Shown here piece by piece: positions 41,344 to 49,742 of a stretch of DNA of 64,000 nucleotides; position 1 is the first letter of the stretch; every line of letters starts with the position of its first letter. Made by a program: the position numbers and the translations under genes. Location of the stretch: the NCBI GenBank assembly GCA_050015395.1, contig JBEKBM010000014.1, positions 16,029 to 80,028 on the forward strand. The letters are read 5' to 3'. The notes under the pieces are model-generated. The model was not told where the DNA came from. It saw only the letters and a program-made list of their open reading frames with translations, and did not search any database. Origin of the DNA: Candidatus Bathyarchaeia archaeon (GTDB taxonomy: Archaea > Thermoproteota > Bathyarchaeia > Bathyarchaeales > Bathycorpusculaceae).

Positions 41344-41515
41344 ATTTTGTTCTAGTTGTTTTGGGTTGCTGTTTTGATTCAGGGTTTGAAGTGTTTGCAG
41401 GCTGCGACTTTTAGCGACTGTACGCGACCTTCTGCGACTCCCTGCGACTTTCTGCGACTGCTCGCGACTCTTCCCGACTCTAAACGCTTAAGTACAAGTG
41501 TTAAAAGCAAGAATT
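41344..41515 (+). repeat. Dispersed motif copy 3 plus GCGAC 10-bp-phased array (near-identical inverted copy of about 25520-25690)
   Basis: Reverse complement of the 25520-25690 region with few mismatches; 8 phased units at 41401-41480. Confidence 0.9.
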
Positions 41516-41518
41516 TAT

Positions 41519-41594
41519 CTTCCCTTAACCGGGAAGGTTATCTTTACAGTAATCTTCAAAGCTTCAATAAAGTGTAAATTCCAAAGGTGATTCG
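41519..41594 (+). pseudogene. 5' remnant of tandem-AbrB paralog 2
   Basis: cccttaaccgggaaggttatctttac...ttcaataaagtgTAAattccaaaggtgattcg aligns to the first ~25 codons of 25515-25440, with the ATG lost, an indel and a premature TAA. Confidence 0.75.
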
Positions 41595-41660
41595 TTTGCA
41601 GGTTACGTCATTATTCGTCAAAAATCGTCAAAATTCGTCAATAAACGTCAATGGGCGTCA
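41594..41660 (+). promoter_or_regulatory. Second 10-bp-phased array (CGTCA, 6 units) preceded by the motif end GTTTGCAGG
   Basis: ggttacgtca ttattcgtca aaaatcgtca aaattcgtca ataaacgtca atgggcgtca. Confidence 0.8.
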
Positions 41661-41797
41661 AAAAATTCTATATGCCGATGCCCATAATTTTGGTTTTGTA
41701 ACTTTGAAGGTTTTAGCTTGGCGGCGAGAGGGTGAGAATGCCTGAAGGCGCTGTAAATTTGATGATGTTTCTTTTTTCTTGGGGTTAGCGATGATAT

Positions 41798-42217
41798 TTA
41801 GGGAGATAGTAGTGTTGTTATGGTTTGAACGTCAACGTATTTCTGAGCTTTCGCTTTGAGTTGTTTATCTTCGGTTATGAGTTTGAGGTCTTTTTCTTTG
41901 GCAAAATAGATGTAGCTGGAATCATAAAAGGAGAGTTTCTCGTTTTTTGCGATTTCGAGGATTTTCTGAAAGGTTACTGCTTCGCTTGTTATCCAGTCAG
42001 TCTTCATTAGGATAGTCTGTGCGACCTTTTCCAGTGTCTTGGAATCTTCGGGCGTTAGGAACTTTGTTAGGGTGCTTTCCTTCCAAATCGCGTTTCCAAC
42101 TTCGTAATAGGTCAAATCAAGAACTATGGAGTCTTGCAAGCATTCGATCACACTTTTGGCATTGGACTTCTTGATTAGAAACATGAATGCGCTTGCGTCG
42201 AGTAGGTAGCGCTTCAT
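41798..42217 (-). CDS. vapC: PIN-domain toxin (VapC)
   Basis: YLLDASAF, YYEVGNAIW, SFYDSSYI and LITEDKQL. Confidence 0.9.
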   Translation of the reverse strand: MKRYLLDASAFMFLIKKSNAKSVIECLQDSIVLDLTYYEVGNAIWKESTLTKFLTPEDSKTLEKVAQTILMKTDWITSEAVTFQKILEIAKNEKLSFYDSSYIYFAKEKDLKLITEDKQLKAKAQKYVDVQTITTLLSP

Positions 42218-42438
42218 CGCTGGTCTCTTGATTCTCTTATGGCTCTTACGATTTCGTCGTCAGGGATTTTATCTAAGATAATTTTCATTTCGTTAATCGC
42301 TTGGGCTAGTTCTGCGTCTTCTCGCTTCTTGACTTCGTCTTCTAGAGCTTCTCTGACGGTTTTGCTGACGTTTATTTTGTGCTTTCTTATCTTTTCTTTC
42401 AGGGACTTTTTAACCCTGACGGCGATTATCTCTGACAT
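42214..42438 (-). CDS. vapB: RHH antitoxin (VapB)
   Basis: IIAVRVKKSLKEKI...INVSKTVREAL; 4-bp overlap with vapC. Confidence 0.85.
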   Translation of the reverse strand: MSEIIAVRVKKSLKEKIRKHKINVSKTVREALEDEVKKREDAELAQAINEMKIILDKIPDDEIVRAIRESRDQR

Positions 42439-42579
42439 ACGCCATATTGTATAACAATTTTTGTATATAACAGTATTGCTGAGTAGTTTAGAAGCAGAAT
42501 TATAACCATTTTACACCAATTCGGAACAAGTCAGCACGCGCTTATTAGTCTGTTTCCGGGATTATTATGAAGAGGAAAG

Positions 42580-43617
42580 TTGACGCTTCTGGATAAAAAA
42601 CTCGTGGTCGTTGGTGCGGGCGCTATTGGGTCAAGTGTGGTTGGGTGGGTCGCGCCTCAATATGAAAGGTTATGGTTGTTGGCTCGAGGCGAAAGCGCAG
42701 CAACGATTAAAAATCAAGGGTTGAAATTTTACCTTAAAGGTGAAGAGGCTAAGGCTGTTCCTATATCAGTCAAGGTCATCGAGTCATTAAGTGAGATCTC
42801 CCTCCCTGACATAATAATTGTCGCCGTGAAAAACTATGACCTTGATGCGACAGCGCGGATGTTGCGGGAGCAGCTGGGGACTCATCAGCCTGTCGTTGTA
42901 GCGCTGCAAAATGGTGTTGAAAATCAGCGGGTTCTTCCCAAATATTTTACGAAGGTAATTTATGGCGTGGTGTGCTTCAATGCGTGGCGGGATGCTCCGG
43001 GGAGGGTGGGGCACCAGAAGCGTGGATATATAATTCTGGGCACGCCTGCGAATGATCTGCAGTCTGAGCAGCGGGAGGTTGCAGCTATTCTTCGGCGGGG
43101 GTTGGATTGTTCGCTCACGGACCGTTTGGAAGATGCGGTTCATTGTAAGTTGGCGGTTAACCTTACGAATGTTTTGACCACTCTTGTCGGTTTCCCGAAC
43201 GTCCCTGACAGGTCCTTCAGTGAGGTTGCACGAATGTCGGCAAGAGTTATTTGGGAAGGGATTCAGGTTCTTCAGGCAGCGGGGTTCAAGGAGCATGAGC
43301 TCGGCAGTATCCCTTCTTGGAATACGATTAGAATGAGCGTTAGGCTTCCAGCATCAGTCATTAAAGTTTTTTACAGATTTAGTGTGCGGGAAGAACTTGG
43401 CATGAATAGCACGGCGCAGGATATTTTCGCGGGGAAAGCCACTACTGAACTTGAATCTTTAAATGGGTACATGTTGAGTCTTGCCCAGAAAGCGGGGGTG
43501 CCAATGCCCATCAACCAGACCATTTATGAAATCGCGAAGGAACGGTTTAGTCCGGATTTCGAGCCGATGGCGGAGAAGGAGTTGTGGGCTGCGATTCAAA
43601 ATCGACTTAAACGGTAA
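42580..43617 (+). CDS. Ketopantoate reductase (PanE/ApbA) family protein
   Basis: GAGAIG, VAVKNYD, LQNGV, KLAVN and S..QD...TELESLNG motifs. Confidence 0.85.
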   Translation: MTLLDKKLVVVGAGAIGSSVVGWVAPQYERLWLLARGESAATIKNQGLKFYLKGEEAKAVPISVKVIESLSEISLPDIIIVAVKNYDLDATARMLREQLGTHQPVVVALQNGVENQRVLPKYFTKVIYGVVCFNAWRDAPGRVGHQKRGYIILGTPANDLQSEQREVAAILRRGLDCSLTDRLEDAVHCKLAVNLTNVLTTLVGFPNVPDRSFSEVARMSARVIWEGIQVLQAAGFKEHELGSIPSWNTIRMSVRLPASVIKVFYRFSVREELGMNSTAQDIFAGKATTELESLNGYMLSLAQKAGVPMPINQTIYEIAKERFSPDFEPMAEKELWAAIQNRLKR

Positions 43618-43744
43618 GGCAGTCGGCTGAGCTGAATATTCTTTAATTTTTCTATTTTTTATTCAATGCAAGCTTGAAAGGATTGTTTGGTTCTCTGAGG
43701 AAGTTAAGTTAATATAGCCGAGGGAAATAATTGCTTTCGTCTTC

Positions 43745-43782
43745 GGTAGTTTCCGTATATAACCTACCTTAAAAAACCCGGG
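43745..43782 (+). ncRNA. Candidate preQ1/preQ0 class I riboswitch aptamer
   Basis: GGUAG-UUUCCGUAUAUAAC-CUACC-UUAAAAAA-CCCGGG: 5-bp P1, loop starting U and ending AC, 8-nt A-rich tail then C. It lies between a TATA-like box (43708-43715) and queT. Confidence 0.6.
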
Positions 43783-43791
43783 TTGAATGAA

Positions 43792-44283
43792 ATGAGATTA
43801 AATACTAAAAAATTGGCAGTTGTTACTGTTTTTGCCGCTTTGTATGCGGTTGGAGTTATTTTTTTGGCGCCGATAAGTTTTGGGATCGGTCAAGTGAGGG
43901 TTGCTGATGCGTTGTTGCCGTTGTCGATGATTTTTGGGCTCCCAAGCGCCTTGGGCTTTAGTTTGGGCTGCATAGTTTCTAATGTTTATGGCGGGCTTGG
44001 AATGATTGATATTGTTGGCGGTGCAGGTGCAAATCTTGTTGCTTGCACTTTAGCTTGGTATATTGGACGTAAGGGGAGGGGTGCTCAGCGGTTTCTGGGA
44101 ACTGTTGCAGAAACAGTAGCCGTTGGTTTGATTGTTGGAGGATACCTCTCACTGATATTTCAGGTTCCTGTGGAAATCAGTCTCTTAGGATTATTTATTG
44201 GCGAAACGATAGCGATAAACCTTATAGGTTTTCCCCTGGAAGAAGCTATAAGGCGTAGCAAAATTTTTAGAAAATACAGCTAG
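43792..44283 (+). CDS. queT: QueT family queuosine-precursor transporter (ECF S component)
   Basis: AALYA...PISFG..QVRVADAL...G..LGC.VSN...G..D...G signature. Start is the ATG at 43792 or the TTG at 43783. Confidence 0.88.
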   Translation: MRLNTKKLAVVTVFAALYAVGVIFLAPISFGIGQVRVADALLPLSMIFGLPSALGFSLGCIVSNVYGGLGMIDIVGGAGANLVACTLAWYIGRKGRGAQRFLGTVAETVAVGLIVGGYLSLIFQVPVEISLLGLFIGETIAINLIGFPLEEAIRRSKIFRKYS

Positions 44284-44310
44284 AAGCTTAATTGTTCGAG
44301 AGAGAATGGG

Positions 44311-44405
44311 ATTTTGTTCAGGTTGTTTTGGGTTGCTTTTTTGGGGCAGGACTTGACGTGTTTGCAGGTTACGTCTAGATTCGATTCTACGCGTCAGGGG
44401 GCGTC
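44311..44405 (+). repeat. Dispersed motif copy 4 plus degenerate CGTC 10-bp-phased array
   Basis: ATTTTGTTCAGGTTGTTTTGGGTTGCTTTTTTGGGGCAGG...GTGTTTGCAGGTTACGTC; CGTC recurs at 44372, 44392 and 44402. Confidence 0.8.
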
Positions 44406-44726
44406 AAAGAACCCATTATGATGCGATTAAGGGCGAGCAGTCAAGAGAAAAATGCTGTATTAGAAGCCGTGTAAAGCATTGTCCATTGAGCCGACTAAAG
44501 TATTCAAGGAATAATAGATAGACAAGCTTGCAACTTGTTAGGGCATTAGTTTTGTTTTTTTGGTTACAAAAATTGGAGACTTCTTGTTGATTTCATTATG
44601 AAGCCGCACTTTATTACTGTTGTTTGAGAGCTATAGCAAATTGCTGCTGTTGAGAATAGTTGGTAATGTGCATAAGGTTTATGTATGTATTCAAAATGTA
44701 TACAGATATGTTGGTTGAGTATCTGC

Positions 44727-44999
44727 ATGGAAGAAGTAGTGACATCCCGGGTTTCCGAAGAACTTGTAAAGAAGGTTGATCAAGCAGTTTCCAGAGGCTA
44801 CTTCAAAAGCAGAAGTGAGGCTCTAAGAATAATTATAGAAGAATACCTAAAAGAGCATCCTGAACTATTTTTAGGCGACAAGGTTCAAGAATTGATCATG
44901 AAGGCGCCTGCCTTGGGCGATGAGGAGCTGGAACAAGTTGGCGCTAAACTGTTCAAAGGTATCAGCGTAGCTAAACTTGTGGCTGAAGGACGAGCTTAA
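44727..44999 (+). CDS. vapB: RHH/CopG antitoxin (VapB)
   Basis: VVTSRVSEELVKKVDQAV..GYFKSRSEALR; the stop overlaps the PIN gene start. Confidence 0.85.
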   Translation: MEEVVTSRVSEELVKKVDQAVSRGYFKSRSEALRIIIEEYLKEHPELFLGDKVQELIMKAPALGDEELEQVGAKLFKGISVAKLVAEGRA

Positions 45000-45526
45000 T
45001 GCTGCTCTATTTGGACACCAACGTTATCTTGGCAAGGTATGCCCCAAATGAATCGCAGCATGACAAAGCGAAAACGCTTCTCAGTAAAGTAGAGACGGGA
45101 GAGCTGTCTGCTGTGACTTCTGTATTAACTTTAGTGGAAGTGGTTTGCGCTACAGGCAGGGCTTATGAAAGGTTCGGTGACAAAGCGGAAGCGTTAGGGC
45201 GAGAAGAGGTAGCTGGAGCTTTCCTTCGAAGAGTCATAAATATCAAAAAGTTGGAGTTTATTCCCATGGGCGGCGAAGCCTCATTTAACGTTAATGATCG
45301 ACGTGTGAAGCTTCCAGCATTATTTGCGTTGGCTCTGGAGATAGGTTCAAAGACGGGTCTCAAAACCTTGGATACACTCCATCTGGCTTCAGCCTCTATA
45401 GCGTCGCGGATTTATGGAAGCAAAATTGATTATTTTGTAACTTTAGACGAGGACATGTTAAAACGACGCGAAGATATAAGCAGCTTGATAGAAAGCAGAG
45501 TTGTTTCACCAGCTGATAAGTTTTAA
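44999..45526 (+). CDS. vapC: PIN-domain toxin (VapC)
   Basis: YLDTNVI, SVLTLVEV, TLDTLHLASA and FVTLDED. Confidence 0.9.
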   Translation: MLLYLDTNVILARYAPNESQHDKAKTLLSKVETGELSAVTSVLTLVEVVCATGRAYERFGDKAEALGREEVAGAFLRRVINIKKLEFIPMGGEASFNVNDRRVKLPALFALALEIGSKTGLKTLDTLHLASASIASRIYGSKIDYFVTLDEDMLKRREDISSLIESRVVSPADKF

Positions 45527-45973
45527 AAATCATTTTTTTAGATTTAGTCAATGCAAGCCATGCCTGCAACAAGCATTATAGTTTAATTTGCTCCTCAGCC
45601 TTTTCAAGAGAACTCTCGGTTTTCCATCGTGATTAAGGCAGAGATTAAAATGGTGGTATCAATACCGGCAGGGTAAGATCAAAGTTGTACGGTGGAACCG
45701 CTTCAATCTTAACGGAATATGCTTCTTCCAAGTTCAAAATGAAACCCTCTAGCAATGTTAATTCAAAGAGGTTTCTGACATAAAAAATTAAACCTACAAT
45801 GCCTGTATCAATTTCTGTGGAAGGAAATTTTTGAGTAAAAAGTGATTAAGAATTTCAATAGTAGTTCTGAATAATGCGTAATGCTTTTAAGAATGGCGCG
45901 TTTAACTGCAAAATATACTGATCAGTCAGTCGAAAGTCTGGTAGTTTAGACATTTATCAGGGGCGTTTGAAAA

Positions 45974-47182
45974 ATGCAATATAGAACAGTTCCAAAAAAC
46001 GGCGATAAGTTGTCAGTTCTAGGATTTGGAACCATGCGGTTACCTTTAAAGGGACAAAACATCGATGAAGAACGCGCAATAAAACAAATCCGCTATGCAA
46101 TCGACAACGGCGTAAATTACGTTGACTCAGCCCCACCGTATCACAATGGCGAAAGCGAAAAATTGCTTGGAAAAGCTCTATTAGGCGGTTACCGTAAAAA
46201 AGTGAAAATCGCCACTAAACTTACGCCTTTTCTGCTAAATAAAGCCGAAGACATGGATAAAATGCTAAACATGCAACTGAAAAAACTCCAAACAGATCAT
46301 ATTGACTATTACCTCCTACACGGGCTCGAAGAAGAATTTTGGAAAAAACTGCAAGGTTTTGGCGCTTTAGAATTCTTAGAAAAAGCGAAAGCTGATGGAA
46401 AAATCATCAACATGGGTTTCTCATTTCACGGATCACTTAAAACTTTCAAAGAGATCATTCTTGCTAATGACTGGGCGATGTGTCAAATATTATACAATTT
46501 TCTAGATGAAAAATTGCAGGCTGGAACTGTAGGTCTAAAGTATGCTGCTTCAAAGAATCTTGCGGTTATGGTTATGGAGCCGCTTAGAGGCGGAACATTA
46601 GCTGGTAAGCTTCCAGATGAAGTTAAGCAATTTTATGATAACGCTAAAATTCAAAGATCTCCAGCTGAATGGGGTCTTCGCTGGGTCTGGAATCATCCGG
46701 AAGTAACGGTTGCTCTTTCAGGAATGAACGATGAAAATCATGTTGCCGAAAACATTAAAATCGCTGAGACCGCCCTGCCAGGCTCAATGAAAGCTGATGA
46801 AATAGCTATAATCAAAAATGTAGCTAAATCTTATAGGCGGCTCATGAAGGTTCCATGCACAGGCTGCCAATATTGTATGCCTTGTCCTTCCGGAGTGAAT
46901 ATTCCCGCCAATTTCAGAATCTATAATGATTATTACATGTTCGGCGAGGAACAAAAATCACGTGCAATGTATGCGATGATGTTAATGGGTGGCCTGAGTG
47001 GTAAACGGTCTGATGCTTCATTATGTAAAGAATGCAAAAAATGTATGGACCGCTGCCCACAGCATATTGCAATCCCTGAACAACTTAAATCGGTTTTAAA
47101 TGATCTTGGTGGCCCTAAAACAGAGGCGATGCTTGCCATGCGAAAAAGCGGGCATCCACAAAACCCAGCGAAACCTGCATGA
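45974..47182 (+). CDS. Aldo/keto reductase with C-terminal 4Fe-4S dicluster (COG1453)
   Basis: LGFGTMRLP, DYYLLH and MEPLRGG, with CTGCQYCMPCP and CKECKKCMDRCP. Confidence 0.92.
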   Translation: MQYRTVPKNGDKLSVLGFGTMRLPLKGQNIDEERAIKQIRYAIDNGVNYVDSAPPYHNGESEKLLGKALLGGYRKKVKIATKLTPFLLNKAEDMDKMLNMQLKKLQTDHIDYYLLHGLEEEFWKKLQGFGALEFLEKAKADGKIINMGFSFHGSLKTFKEIILANDWAMCQILYNFLDEKLQAGTVGLKYAASKNLAVMVMEPLRGGTLAGKLPDEVKQFYDNAKIQRSPAEWGLRWVWNHPEVTVALSGMNDENHVAENIKIAETALPGSMKADEIAIIKNVAKSYRRLMKVPCTGCQYCMPCPSGVNIPANFRIYNDYYMFGEEQKSRAMYAMMLMGGLSGKRSDASLCKECKKCMDRCPQHIAIPEQLKSVLNDLGGPKTEAMLAMRKSGHPQNPAKPA

Positions 47183-47732
47183 ACAGCGCGCGTTTGAGTG
47201 AATTGTTAATGGGTAATAATCGCATAGACGTTGCTTTCACTAAAGATATGTATGGTTCAAAGAGTAAAAACCGCATTTGGAGGCTGCACTGTTAAATCTG
47301 AGAAGAAATGACAGCTTTCTGTTCTATTTCTAAATAATTTTTCATTTGGAGGCATTTTGTGAGAGGCGAGGTTTTAGTTGGTTCTCGTGGAAGGAGAGCT
47401 TTTCAGTAGTGAAAATTTTGTAGGGGGAGGATAGAAAATACTGAGCAGAATAGCCGTATTATTGAATCCTATCGTTTTTTTCAATGAGATAACCGAAAAA
47501 ATAAACCAAGAGCGTAGAAAAAATCGTAGCATTAATCAATGTGACATGTTGATTACTCTCGCGAAGTAATAGTCGATCAGATGTTTTCCTTGATTTTGCA
47601 AAGTTTTGCGTGCGCGGCGGCGCTGAGAAATGAAATGGGAGAAAAAGATATTGCTTGAGCTAATGCAAAGAATCGCTTCAGTAAACGTTAAATTTTGGTT
47701 AAGAGTGTCATTTTCTGTTAGGTGAAAAGGTA

Positions 47733-48302
47733 ATGCCGCAGGTTGAAAAGGCGCAGAGGTCTAAAGGAGCAAAAAAAGCGAACCTTAATACTGTTTTGGA
47801 TGTTGCGAAAAAACGGGCGGAGGAGCTGGGAATCAGGTCGGTCATTGTAGCTTCCACCAAAGGAGAGACCGGGGTTAAGGCGGCGGAGATGTTTAGAGGC
47901 TATAATGTTGTGGTGGTAACGCATAGCACGGGTTTTAGTGGGCTGGACGTTCAGGAATTGACGCCGGAGAATCGGGAACGCATTCTCAAGGCTGGCGGCA
48001 AAATCTTGACAACCACACACGCGTTTGGAGGCTTAGGTCGGGCAGTCAGAAGGAAGTTTGGCACTTACCAATCTGACGAGATCGTTGCGAACACATTGCG
48101 CGTTTTTGGTCAAGGAACCAAGGTGGCGATTGAAATCGCATTGATGGCGGCTGATTCAGGACTCGTAAGCGTCAAAGAGGACGTGATTTCCATAGGAGGA
48201 TCCGGCAGTGGAGCTGACACGGCGCTTGTGCTTCGGCCCGCCAACGTTCAGGATTTCTTTGATGTGAAAGTGCGCGAGATTATTTGTAAACCTTGGCTGT
48301 GA
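47733..48302 (+). CDS. Pyruvate kinase C-terminal-like domain protein (MTH1675/COG1751)
   Basis: IVASTKGETG, VVVTH, GQGTKVAIEIALMAADSG, GADTA and REIICKP. Confidence 0.85.
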   Translation: MPQVEKAQRSKGAKKANLNTVLDVAKKRAEELGIRSVIVASTKGETGVKAAEMFRGYNVVVVTHSTGFSGLDVQELTPENRERILKAGGKILTTTHAFGGLGRAVRRKFGTYQSDEIVANTLRVFGQGTKVAIEIALMAADSGLVSVKEDVISIGGSGSGADTALVLRPANVQDFFDVKVREIICKPWL

Positions 48303-48525
48303 AAACCTACTGGGGGCTTTTGAGCCCGCGGTTTTGAATAAAGAGCGGGTTCAGCCTTAAAGCATGCCTAGTTTTAAACAGAGAAGCGGCTGAAAACTGG
48401 CACCATGCTTGTTGTTCTAGCATTCCCAAAAAAGATTAATTTTTGGGCACTCAATTATCCAAATAAAGCGTTTTTTAGATAATCCATTATCCAAAAACAA
48501 CAACTCGCCCTGTTTTCATCGCTGG

Positions 48526-48930
48526 CTAAATCCATCTTGTTTTGGTTTCTTTAACCTGTTTTATGTGCTTATCATCTGTCAAAACGTATTCACAAGACAT
48601 TACGATCGCCGTTGCTGCTATAACAGCGTCAGCTGTTGGCAACTCGGCGTATCTGCAACGTAGTTTTGCAGCTTCGATACCGATGACCGGGTCAAGATTA
48701 GCAGTCTCTAGTCTAGATGATAGAATAGTGTTAACCCTAATGTCCGCTATGTTCTTTCCGTAGGTTTCAAGCACAAACTTGTAAAATTCATGAATCACAA
48801 TCGAAGGGACTATACCGAGGTTTGCCCCTTTCTGCAAATTTTCCAAAGTCTTTTGTGTCCACTTCTTGCTTAACTCATCTTGGGCTAAAAAGTGCGCTAT
48901 CAAGAACCTTGTATCTATTACAGCTTTCAT
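48526..48930 (-). CDS. vapC: PIN-domain toxin (VapC)
   Basis: VIDTRFL, IVIHEF, ADAVIAATA and LTDDKHI. Confidence 0.88.
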   Translation of the reverse strand: MKAVIDTRFLIAHFLAQDELSKKWTQKTLENLQKGANLGIVPSIVIHEFYKFVLETYGKNIADIRVNTILSSRLETANLDPVIGIEAAKLRCRYAELPTADAVIAATAIVMSCEYVLTDDKHIKQVKETKTRWI

Positions 48931-49158
48931 TTAGTATCGGTCTTCAGATCTCATTTTGTCCAGAATTTCGAAGGCTTTTTCAACCGTTATCTTTCCAGCG
49001 TCGATACCAGCAAGATCCTCAATTCTGGGGACAACTTTTAGAACTATACCTGAACCTGAGTCTTCAACAATCATTTTCATACCTTCTTCTATGCCATATT
49101 TACGTCTCAGGCTAACCGGAACTGTAATCTGCCCTTTGCGAGTCACTAAAACCTCCAT
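48931..49158 (-). CDS. vapB: AbrB-type antitoxin (VapB)
   Basis: VTRKGQITVPVSLRRKYGIEEG. Confidence 0.9.
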   Translation of the reverse strand: MEVLVTRKGQITVPVSLRRKYGIEEGMKMIVEDSGSGIVLKVVPRIEDLAGIDAGKITVEKAFEILDKMRSEDRY

Positions 49159-49360
49159 GGTTCAACTTCAACTCCAAGTACTACAAATGAAGACTGTACA
49201 ACTTAACCATTGTGGTTGCAAAACACCTCATGAAGATGACCGCCAGATTTTTTTAGAAAACATGGTTTATGCTGCTTCCTAACACGAAAAATATCGCAGA
49301 TAAATGAATCCTGAAAAAATATTACATATTGATTCCACTTCTTATTAGTATACAGTTCCG

Positions 49361-49697
49361 CTAATCTAAGAAGCGTCTCTCCTTGTAAACCGCAATCGCG
49401 TTCAAATACTCGCTTACCTCAATGTGGTCATCTAAAGCATGGTCAAGATGCGAGTCACCAGTACCATAAGTGACAACTGGCAAATTCACAGCTTTCCCTA
49501 GAATGTTCATGTAGTAAGTTCCAGTTTTGCGCAGAAGCGTCGCCAGCATGTTCAGCACTTTTCTAACAGACGACGACAACACATGCACAAGCGGTAAAGC
49601 CTTATTCACTTCAAAAGGCTCGACAGTGTCTAGAACAGTTGCTTTCACACTAACCTTTGGATTGGTAGCTTGGTAGTTTGCAATTGACTTTTCTATA
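49361..49697 (-). pseudogene. Duplicated, decaying 3' third of lysK
   Basis: Aligns to 55511-55843 (IEK...NPKVSVKATVLDTVEPFEVNK...GDSHLDH...); GD->YY and P->T substitutions; no 5' part. Confidence 0.9.
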
Positions 49698-49742
49698 CAA
49701 GGTTGGCGTAAGTTTAATTGATTAGAAGCTTGATTAGTCATT

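Noticed and set aside
47538-47558. AATGTGACATGTTGATTAC as another arg/lys operator
   Set aside because: The spacing differs, the second box is absent and the site is far from a start codon; likely chance.
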